A stretch of DNA of 32,000 nucleotides from Xanthomonas campestris pv. campestris str. ATCC 33913 (GTDB taxonomy: Bacteria > Pseudomonadota > Gammaproteobacteria > Xanthomonadales > Xanthomonadaceae): the NCBI RefSeq assembly GCF_000007145.1, contig NC_003902.1:2696497-2728496 (forward strand), in the 5' to 3' direction. Position numbers and translations under genes: made by a program. Under the pieces are notes generated by a model that made no database searches, was not told the DNA's origin, and saw nothing but the letters and a program-made list of their open reading frames with translations. Position 1 is the first letter of the stretch. Each line of letters begins with the position of its first letter. Below are positions 19,164 through 25,470 of this stretch, in pieces.

Positions 19164-19568
19164 GTGAGCAATACTTCTTCGAAACTGGATTCCATCGCGC
19201 AAGCCAAAGCCAAGCTGCTGGACGAGCTGCAGAAGCTGGAAGAACAGGAAAAAACCGAGCGCGCCAGTGAGGCATCCTCTGCACATGCCACCATCGTGTC
19301 GCTGCTCGAGCAGTTTGCCGGCCACTTCAACACCAAGCAGCGCAACGACATTGCTGCCTACCTGGGCACCACCACCACCGCCCGCAAGGACGTGGTGAAG
19401 ACCGGCCGCAGCGAAGTGCGCCCGAAGTACGAGCTTCCCGGCACCGGCGAGACCTGGTCTGGCCGGGGACGCACGCCGAAGGCCTTCGCTGCATGGGAAG
19501 GCACGGAGTCGTACAAGGAATGGAAAGCCAAGAACCCCGACCTCAAGTTCCCGCTGATTCGCGAGTAA
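19164..19568 (+). CDS. H-NS family nucleoid-associated protein
   Basis: There is an N-terminal coiled coil (SKLDSIAQAKAKLLDELQKLEEQEK). The C-terminal H-NS DNA-binding motif reads RPKYELPGTGETWSGRGRTPKAF. The start is inferred as GTG 19164, with GAGG 10 nt upstream. The alternative ATG 19110 would add an atypical 18-aa extension. Confidence 0.75.
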   Translation: MSNTSSKLDSIAQAKAKLLDELQKLEEQEKTERASEASSAHATIVSLLEQFAGHFNTKQRNDIAAYLGTTTTARKDVVKTGRSEVRPKYELPGTGETWSGRGRTPKAFAAWEGTESYKEWKAKNPDLKFPLIRE

Positions 19569-19578
19569 TCAGACCGCC

Positions 19579-19601
19579 GGCCGCATCCCCCCGATGCGGC
19601 C
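19579..19601 (+). terminator. Stem-loop after the H-NS-like gene (possible terminator, no U-tract)
   Basis: GGCCGCATC-CCCCC-GATGCGGCC forms a perfect 9-bp stem starting 11 nt after the stop. No T-run follows, so terminator function is uncertain. Confidence 0.35.
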
Positions 19602-19618
19602 AGCCACGCAGGCAGCTC

Positions 19619-19648
19619 TTGGCGAACCGCGTGGCATGTGGTTAGAAT
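19619..19648 (+). promoter_or_regulatory. Sigma-70-like promoter for tRNA-Ala
   Basis: TTGGCG (19619-19624), an 18-nt spacer, then TAGAAT (19643-19648). The -10 ends 10 nt before the mature tRNA 5' end. Confidence 0.4.
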
Positions 19649-19658
19649 CGAGCCACGT

Positions 19659-19734
19659 GGGGCGGTAGCTCAGCTGGGAGAGCGTCGCGTTCGCATCGCG
19701 AAGGTCGAGGGTTCGATCCCCTTCCGCTCCACCA
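19659..19734 (+). tRNA. tRNA-Ala (anticodon CGC)
   Basis: A 76-nt cloverleaf folded by hand. The acceptor stem is GGGGCGG/CCGCTCC with the G3:U70 Ala identity pair. The D-arm is GCTC-AGCTGGGA-GAGC. The anticodon arm is TCGCG-TTCGCAT-CGCGA. The T-arm is GAGGG-TTCGATC-CCCTT, and CCA is encoded. Confidence 0.95.
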
Positions 19735-19758
19735 GATAGCATCCCGAACGGGATGGAA

Positions 19759-19809
19759 GAAGGCCGGAAACCCTGCTGTAGGACGGGTTGTCCGGCCTTC
19801 TGCATTTTT
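19759..19809 (+). terminator. Rho-independent terminator after tRNA-Ala
   Basis: GAAGGCCGGA (19759-19768) pairs perfectly with TCCGGCCTTC (19791-19800). TGCATTTTT follows. Confidence 0.7.
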
Positions 19810-20100
19810 GGCCGGAGCGGATCGTTTCGTTGAAACGCGCGAGACAGTGGGGGCATATTTGGGGGGCACTTGTAACCCAACTCAGATTTAAATGCCGCCA
19901 CTCTTTGACTTCTCTCTTTGTCGCGCCAACTTGGCGCTGAAGACCACGAGAGTGTTGGCAGACCGTATCTGGAGCTACCAGCAGCCGGCGGCCGGCGGCC
20001 GCTAGTAGCGACTGGAATATCGATTCTGTGGCAAGAAGAATCCGGCACTCGGGGTGACGCTGGCGCCGATGCTAGCGCGCACTGCAAATACCGGATCGCG

Positions 20101-20361
20101 TCACGCCACGCGGTAACCCGCCGGATCCAGGAACTCCGCCAGGCAGCGGCCAAGCTGCATTGCCTGGGCCCGCGCATCGCCGCGATAGCCGGCCTTGCCA
20201 GCTTCTTCAACCGTGGCGACCGCCGATGACAGATCGCGATGGTAGACATACGCCGTGGAGCTCCACTGCGGGTCGCCCGGCGCCTGGGACTCGACCGTTT
20301 CCACGCGGAACTCGCCGCAATGACCATGCAGCACGGTGCGTTGTAGGGTGCGCTGTTTCAT
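20101..20361 (-). CDS. Small hypothetical protein, paralog A (86 aa), unknown family
   Basis: ATG 20361 gives MKQRTLQRTVLHGHCGEFRVETVESQAPGDPQWSSTAYVYHRD... By eye it is about 40% identical to the adjacent ORF B. The upstream in-frame ATGs at 20385 and 20412 cannot be excluded. Confidence 0.5.
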   Translation of the reverse strand: MKQRTLQRTVLHGHCGEFRVETVESQAPGDPQWSSTAYVYHRDLSSAVATVEEAGKAGYRGDARAQAMQLGRCLAEFLDPAGYRVA

Positions 20362-20443
20362 GCGCTGCAGTATCGCAGTGGGCATCTGACGAACACGTGT
20401 GGGCCGACGCATGACCGCGTGCAGCCGCATCGACAGCGCGCTG

Positions 20444-20704
20444 TTAGACATTGCGCCAGCGCGGAGGCTCTTGCCTGTTGCGGACACCAGCATGCAGTAA
20501 CTGCGCTGTCTGTACGCCCGCCTGCATGCCCTGGCGGCGCGCCTCCATGCGATCGGGACTACAGCCCACATCGGGGAGTACCCGGATCGCGTCTGCCTCA
20601 TCGCCGTGGTGGATGTACGCGGTGGACATCCATTCGGTGGCGCCCTGGCGTTTGGTTTCGACCGTAGTCACTCGGAAAAGACCGACGTAGCCGTGCAATG
20701 GCAT
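20444..20704 (-). CDS. Small hypothetical protein, paralog B (86 aa), unknown family
   Basis: ATG 20704 gives MPLHGYVGLFRVTTVETKRQGATEWMSTAYIHHGD... Codons upstream of this ATG in the longer ORF (to GTG 20788) are A/T-ending, while downstream codons are mostly G/C-ending. That shift supports the shorter start. Confidence 0.5.
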   Translation of the reverse strand: MPLHGYVGLFRVTTVETKRQGATEWMSTAYIHHGDEADAIRVLPDVGCSPDRMEARRQGMQAGVQTAQLLHAGVRNRQEPPRWRNV

Positions 20705-20732
20705 AGAACAAGGGTGGTATGGCCCAGCTGCT

Positions 20733-20761
20733 ATTTTTCTTACGGCGTGTCGCTTGATCAA
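20733..20761 (-). promoter_or_regulatory. Candidate sigma-70-like promoter for the paralog B-A pair
   Basis: On the minus strand: TTGATC (20761-20756), a 17-nt spacer, then AAAAAT (20738-20733), about 30 nt upstream of ATG 20704. The match to consensus is weak (4/6 and 4/6). Confidence 0.3.
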
Positions 20762-20919
20762 CCCGTCAGCGCGCCAGCGGACGAACACCTTTGATTTTGT
20801 GATGGAACTGCGTTGCTCGGTGGCGGGGCAATCGCCAGCGATTTAGCCACGCCGCGAGTGCCTCAGCAGAGTCCTCACTGCAGCGCGTACTCGGGTGAAT
20901 GACGTGCGAGCGCATCTTG

Positions 20920-20969
20920 CCAGCCACGTGGAACGAGATGCACACCAGCCACGTGGAACGAGATGCACA
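20920..20969. repeat. Perfect tandem duplication, 2 x 25 bp (CCAGCCACGTGGAACGAGATGCACA)
   Basis: Nt 20920-20944 and 20945-20969 are identical, read directly from the sequence. Each unit contains the 8-bp palindrome CCACGTGG. The repeat lies in non-coding DNA upstream of paralog B on the minus strand. Confidence 0.9.
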
Positions 20970-21091
20970 TGCGTCTAGTGATACCGATGCACCTGACTTG
21001 GTTTAGAACCCGCACTCAGGCGTCGCAAACAGCGACGTCCCAAACATGCTGCTGCAAGCGAGGATCACTGGTCGCCCATTAAATTCAACTG

Positions 21092-21116
21092 CAGACACAG
21101 CGACATCATGTGTCTG
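21092..21116. repeat. Inverted repeat / stem-loop (8-bp stem, 9-nt loop)
   Basis: CAGACACA (21092-21099) and TGTGTCTG (21109-21116) are perfect complements. The repeat lies in the lowest-GC line of the ORF-free stretch, and no T-tract follows. Confidence 0.5.
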
Positions 21117-21388
21117 ACGCGCCGCACACCCGCAGCGTTGATGGCCAACTGCACTGCTTAAAATCGCGGCAGTCGGTAGTCCACCAGAGTGCTGACGACC
21201 GCGTCGGATTCACGGCATCCGCAGCATCCGCGGCATCGAAATCGTGCAGCAGGATCGGAGCTGTCGTCGAGCTATTGCACTGCAGCCGATCGCTACACAC
21301 CGCAGCCGATTAGCAACACGGTGATAGGAAGCAGCGCGCCTCGCGGCGCACGAATCACAACCTGCCGCGCAGCCAGATCGGCGTGCAG

Positions 21389-21565
21389 CTATGCGCCCTG
21401 CTCGTCGCTGGGCTTGGGGCGGCGGCTTTCGGTATCGCGGATCTGCTGATCGGTCTGCCCGGGGCGCTGTTTGGCGGTTTCGTCCTGCTTTCTGTCTTGC
21501 TGCCCTTCCAGTTCGCCATGCTGACTGTCGGGTTCGTTTTCACGCGGTGTGTGGTCGGGCATCAT
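21389..21565 (-). CDS. Small hydrophilic, probably disordered protein (58 aa), unknown function
   Basis: ATGATG at 21565 is preceded by GGAG with an 8-nt spacer. The product is MMPDHTPRENEPDSQHGELEGQQDRKQDETAKQRPGQTDQQIRDTESRRPKPSDEQGA, with no hydrophobic core. A hydrophobic ORF on the opposite strand competes with it (see findings). Confidence 0.4.
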   Translation of the reverse strand: MMPDHTPRENEPDSQHGELEGQQDRKQDETAKQRPGQTDQQIRDTESRRPKPSDEQGA

Positions 21566-21822
21566 CTGGGCGACTCCGTTGAAAGATTGCACACGAACGT
21601 TAGCGCTGCGCCCGTGATGTGCGCGCCACGACGGACGGCGCCTATTGACGCGGTTTGAAGTTGATCGAACGCATTGCTTGTGCATGGCGCGAGGCCGCGT
21701 TCCGCACCGCGCGGTGCGCGGGCCACATTCGAGAGATCAAATGCCCACGCGCCGCCACGTGCAAGCCAACGAGTGTGGCAAGATCGGCTAGCAGCACCGC
21801 GCGCGCCAGCGCTTGCCGCCCG

Positions 21823-22956
21823 ATGACAACCAGCCGTTCCTATTCGCGCCCCTGCGGGCCCCTGCCGGTACCACGCTCGATGCAGACCCCCGACGCGCCG
21901 TCGCTGAACCTGGCCCACGCCACGCTGCTGTCCGGCAATGCGCTGGCTGCTTTGGGTGCACCGCCACCGGCCAACGAAGACGACCGTCTGGCCGCGCTGC
22001 ACAGTTACAACATTCTCGACACCGCGCCGGAGCCGCTCTACGACGACATCACCGCAGCGGCCGCGCAGCTTTGCCGCACGCCGATGGCGTTGATCTCGCT
22101 GATCGACCAGGACCGCCAGTGGTTCAAGTCGCGCGTGGGCATGCAGCCCGCCGAAACACCGCGCGACCTGGCGTTCTGTGCGCACGCCATCCTGCAGCCC
22201 GACCAGATGATGGAAGTGGGCGACACGTTTGTGGACCCACGCTTCGCGCGCAACGCACTGGTGACAGGCGGGCCACAGATCCGCTTCTACGCCGGTGCAC
22301 CGCTACTGACGTCCGACGGCGTGGCGCTGGGTACCTTGTGCGTGCTAGATCGCGCCCCGCGCACCTTGTCGGACGCCGAGCGCACTGCATTGCAGGCGCT
22401 AGCCCGCCAAGTCGTCACCACCATCGAACTGCGCCAGGCCGCGCGTCTGCTGGAAGGCGATGCCCTACGCGACCCGCTCACCGATCTGTGGAACCGGGAG
22501 GGTCTGGAACACATGCTGGAAGACGCCGCGCCGGTGGCAAAGCTGCACGGCCTGGCATTCGTGCTGATCGAGATCGACGGCTTCAAACGGCTGAAGCTGC
22601 AGTTCGGCAGCGACGCTGCCGACGCAACACTCGTGCAGGCCGCACGTTGTATCGAGACCGAGCCGCAGGAACCCGGCGGTGTCGCGCGCATCGGCGCAGC
22701 GCACTTTTGCATGGTGCTGCCCGGCGCAGACAGCGCGCAGGCACTGGCGAGCGTGCAGCGCCTGCAAACCACGATCGCCGCTGCCTGCTGGCCAGCCGAC
22801 ACCATCAGCATCACCGCCGGGCTGGTCTGCGTCGCGCCTGGCGAGCCATTGGACAGCCATGTCCTCATGGCGCGTGCCCGCCACGCCTTGCTCGGTGCCG
22901 CGCGTGCGGGGCGCAATTGCGTCCAGCGCTTCGATGGTTGGCAGACCGACCGCTGA
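21823..22956 (+). CDS. GAF domain protein with degenerate GGDEF domain
   Basis: The GAF block reads EDDRLAALHSYNILDTAPEPLYDDITAAAAQLCRTPMALISLIDQDRQWFKSRVG...FYAGAPLLTSDGVALGTLCVLD. The GGDEF-fold block reads DPLTDLWNREGL...FVLIEIDGFKRL...RIGAAHFCMVLPG. The start is uncertain: ATG 21823 or ATG 21880, neither with a clear SD. Confidence 0.85.
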   Translation: MTTSRSYSRPCGPLPVPRSMQTPDAPSLNLAHATLLSGNALAALGAPPPANEDDRLAALHSYNILDTAPEPLYDDITAAAAQLCRTPMALISLIDQDRQWFKSRVGMQPAETPRDLAFCAHAILQPDQMMEVGDTFVDPRFARNALVTGGPQIRFYAGAPLLTSDGVALGTLCVLDRAPRTLSDAERTALQALARQVVTTIELRQAARLLEGDALRDPLTDLWNREGLEHMLEDAAPVAKLHGLAFVLIEIDGFKRLKLQFGSDAADATLVQAARCIETEPQEPGGVARIGAAHFCMVLPGADSAQALASVQRLQTTIAAACWPADTISITAGLVCVAPGEPLDSHVLMARARHALLGAARAGRNCVQRFDGWQTDR

Positions 22957-22995
22957 TCAACGCGCCACCGCCGCAGGCGCTTCGTTTCGCGGATT

Positions 22996-23505
22996 TCAGG
23001 CCGCCAGCACGTCGGTTTCGCCAGCAATCTCGTCCACTCGCAACACCTGCTCCATCTCCAGCAGCACGACGAAGCGCTCGCCCACCTTGCCCATGCCGCG
23101 CAGCAGATCGCGGCGGATGTGCGTGCCGAACGACGGCGCTGCTTCGATGTCGTGATCGGCCAGCTCGATCACCGCATTGACCGCGTCCACCAGCACGCCG
23201 ATCACCTGCGGCCCCTGCGCCTGCTCGGTGGCCAGAATCACGATGCAACTGCGCTTGCCGATGCTGCTGTCGGCACGTCCCAGCCGTGCCTGCAGATCCA
23301 CCACCGGCACCACTGCGCCGCGCAGGTTGATCACCCCGCGTACGCAGGCCGGCATCGATGGCACCGGCGTGGGTGCACGGTACTGGATGATCTCGCGAAT
23401 GCCGAGAATGCTGGTGGCAAAGGTCTCGCCGTCCAGCTGGAAGGTCAGATACTGGGCTGCCGCATCGGCATCGCCCAGCAGCGCATCGGGTGTCAACGCA
23501 TCCAT
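22996..23505 (-). CDS. cheW: Chemotaxis coupling protein CheW
   Basis: The sequence QYLTFQLDGETFATSILGIREIIQY...VRGVINLRGAVVPVVDL is the typical CheW fold. The gene starts 9 nt downstream of the MCP stop. Confidence 0.9.
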   Translation of the reverse strand: MDALTPDALLGDADAAAQYLTFQLDGETFATSILGIREIIQYRAPTPVPSMPACVRGVINLRGAVVPVVDLQARLGRADSSIGKRSCIVILATEQAQGPQVIGVLVDAVNAVIELADHDIEAAPSFGTHIRRDLLRGMGKVGERFVVLLEMEQVLRVDEIAGETDVLAA

Positions 23506-23514
23506 CGGTCGTCC

Positions 23515-25173
23515 TCAGAATCGTGCGAACTGGCCCTCGTCCGGGCCCTCGGACATGGCGTAGGCCGGTGCGGCAGTGCCGCGCCAGGTCCGTGCGCCAC
23601 TGCTGCGGGTTGCGCGCGCGGCCACGGCCTTGCCGCGCTTGGGCGGCGTACTGGCCGGCGCCTGCCCGCCTAGCCGGAAGAACGCCATGCTCTGCTGCAG
23701 CTGCTCGGCCTGCGCGCTCATCTCTTCAGCGGTGGCCGCGAGTTCTTCGGAGGCGCTGGCATTCTGCTGGGTGGTCTGGCTCAACTGCACTACCGCCGAG
23801 TTGATCTGGCTGACGCCGGAGGACTGTTCTTCAGAGGCGGCAGAAATTTCCTGTACCAGATCGGAGGTGCGCTTGATGCTGGGCACGATGGTGTCCAGCA
23901 AGCGGCCGGCGCGGTCGGCGAGCTCGACGCTGGAACTGGCGACCTCACCAATTTCCTGCGCCGCCACCTGGCTGCGTTCGGCCAGCTTGCGCACTTCGGC
24001 AGCAACCACCGCAAAGCCCTTGCCGTGCTCGCCGGCGCGTGCAGCTTCGATGGCAGCATTGAGTGCCAGCAGATTGGTCTGATATGCGATGTCGTCGATG
24101 ATGCCGATCTTCTGTGCGATCTGCTTCATCGCCTGCGTGGTGGCCACGACCGCCTCGCCACCTTCAATGGTCTCCTTCGCGGCCTGGGTGGCCATGCCGT
24201 CGGTGATGCGTGCGTTTTCGGTGTTCTGGCTGATCGATGCGGTCATCTGCTCCAGCGAGGCGCTGGTTTCTTCCACGCCAGCCGCTTGCTCGCTGGCAGC
24301 CTGCGAAATGCTCTGCGCAGTGGCACTGACTTCTTCCGAGGCGCTGGCCAGGGTTTCGGCACTGGTGTTGACCTCGCCTACCACCTGCGACAGCTTCTGC
24401 ACCATGGTGCGCATCGCCTCGAGCAGCTGCGCGGCTTCGTCGCGACCATGCACCTCGATGCGCATGGTCAAATCGCCTTCGGACAGCCCGTTTGCCACTT
24501 CCACCGCACGGCGGATCGGGCCGGTGACGCTGCGGCTGATCACGACACCGAGCACCCCGCCCAACAGCACGCCACCGCAGATAATGGCCATCAGCAATTT
24601 GGAACTGCTGCTGTGGATTGCACCGGTTTCGGCGTTCGCCGACGCCGCGCTGCGTTCGCGCAAGCTGCTCAGGTCGGTCATCAAGGTATCGACCTCATCC
24701 GAGCTGGCGCGCACCGCGCGTGACAGCTCGGCCAATTCGGGGTTGGCCTCGCGCAGTGCTTCGCGGTTGGCGGCCTCGATGAAGCGGCCGCGCTCATCCA
24801 GGTATTTCTGCCAGGCGCGATCAAACTGCGCCAGCTTGGTCTTGCCCTCGTCGGTTTCGAAGCTGGCCCGCGCACGTGTCATGTAATCGACCACTTTTGC
24901 GGTGTACTTGTCGATGTTCTGCACGTGCGACTGGCGCTCTTCCGCGCTGCTGGCCAGCAGCAGGTTTGCGCGTGCACGGCCGGCGTAGATCAGATTGATG
25001 TTGGCTTCCTTCACGTTGGACAAGCCCAGCAATTCGCGCTCGTACAACGTGGTGGACAGGTCATTGAGCCGGCCGGAGTTGGAGTACCCCACCCAGCCAA
25101 TGCAAGCGCCGATCGCCGAAACGATCAGAAACGCCACGATCAGCCGGGTTCCGATTTTGAGGTTGCCTAACAT
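23515..25173 (-). CDS. Methyl-accepting chemotaxis protein (4HB-type sensor, HAMP, MA signalling domain)
   Basis: The start is ATG 25173 ([25 protein letters not shown]1). A second TM ([20 protein letters not shown]) and HAMP follow. The conserved hairpin reads [43 protein letters not shown]. Confidence 0.9.
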   Translation of the reverse strand: MLGNLKIGTRLIVAFLIVSAIGACIGWVGYSNSGRLNDLSTTLYERELLGLSNVKEANINLIYAGRARANLLLASSAEERQSHVQNIDKYTAKVVDYMTRARASFETDEGKTKLAQFDRAWQKYLDERGRFIEAANREALREANPELAELSRAVRASSDEVDTLMTDLSSLRERSAASANAETGAIHSSSSKLLMAIICGGVLLGGVLGVVISRSVTGPIRRAVEVANGLSEGDLTMRIEVHGRDEAAQLLEAMRTMVQKLSQVVGEVNTSAETLASASEEVSATAQSISQAASEQAAGVEETSASLEQMTASISQNTENARITDGMATQAAKETIEGGEAVVATTQAMKQIAQKIGIIDDIAYQTNLLALNAAIEAARAGEHGKGFAVVAAEVRKLAERSQVAAQEIGEVASSSVELADRAGRLLDTIVPSIKRTSDLVQEISAASEEQSSGVSQINSAVVQLSQTTQQNASASEELAATAEEMSAQAEQLQQSMAFFRLGGQAPASTPPKRGKAVAARATRSSGARTWRGTAAPAYAMSEGPDEGQFARF

Positions 25174-25279
25174 TGGGATGTCTCTTGAGTGAACGTGCAT
25201 GAGTGCGGTGCGTCGGCAGGCACTTGCTGACACCATCGGGGCAGCGATTGATGTGCCTTGCTAAACCAATCGTTAATGG

Positions 25280-25307
25280 CTATCGGCGCAAGCAAAACGT
25301 GCTTGAG
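25280..25307 (-). promoter_or_regulatory. Sigma-28 (FliA)-type promoter upstream of the MCP-cheW pair
   Basis: The minus strand reads CTCAAG (25307-25302), N15 counted from TCAA, then GCCGATAG (25287-25280). The E. coli-type consensus is TAAA-N15-GCCGATAA. The site lies about 105 nt upstream of the MCP ATG. Confidence 0.6.
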
Positions 25308-25470
25308 ACGGTTTCAGCCTGAATGTGCCGTTCACACGAACGGATATGCCAATTTGTGACAGTTCGCTCGCTTGCCGCGCGCCCCATTCGGAAAATCCCT
25401 ACCCGCGTTATGCACGCTGTCCGGGACAGTCCCGCAGAGACATCACAACCACCGCGTTAGGCTTGCGCGC

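Noticed and set aside
19651-19660. The 10-mer AGCCACGTGG abuts the tRNA 5' end and recurs in both 25-bp repeat units, suggesting an att-like relationship.
   Set aside because: The same 10-mer also occurs inside ligD (18452-18461). CACGTG occurs more than a dozen times across the window, so chance is the simpler explanation. Integrases also normally target tRNA 3' ends.
19569-20327. ORFs 19569..20327 - (252 aa) and 19642..19869 - (75 aa) running across the tRNA-Ala gene.
   Set aside because: They are antisense to a well-folded tRNA and its terminator and have no recognisable protein features. The 252-aa ORF also cuts across paralog A in another frame.
20705-20788. A longer version of paralog B starting at GTG 20788 (114 aa).
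   Set aside because: The extra 28 codons are mostly A/T-ending, unlike the rest of the ORF. They contain the candidate promoter and have no counterpart in paralog A. The longer start cannot be fully excluded without data.
20920-20969. Possibility that the 25-bp direct repeat is a minimal CRISPR array.
   Set aside because: There are only two units, directly abutting with no spacer, and no cas genes or further repeats in the window.
21180-21188. TCCACCAGA, a 9-nt match to the tRNA-Ala 3' end and flank (19728-19736), considered as a possible attR bounding a 1.45-kb islet.
   Set aside because: It is too short to be significant given the many possible offsets. The low-GC character continues beyond it, and no integrase is present. 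It is noted only as something a proper repeat search could revisit.
21383-21658. Plus-strand hydrophobic 91-aa ORF as a membrane peptide gene.
   Set aside because: It is not called as a feature because it lacks a Shine-Dalgarno and starts at GTG, whereas the antisense hydrophilic ORF has GGAG-N8-ATG. The choice is uncertain and is reported as a finding instead.
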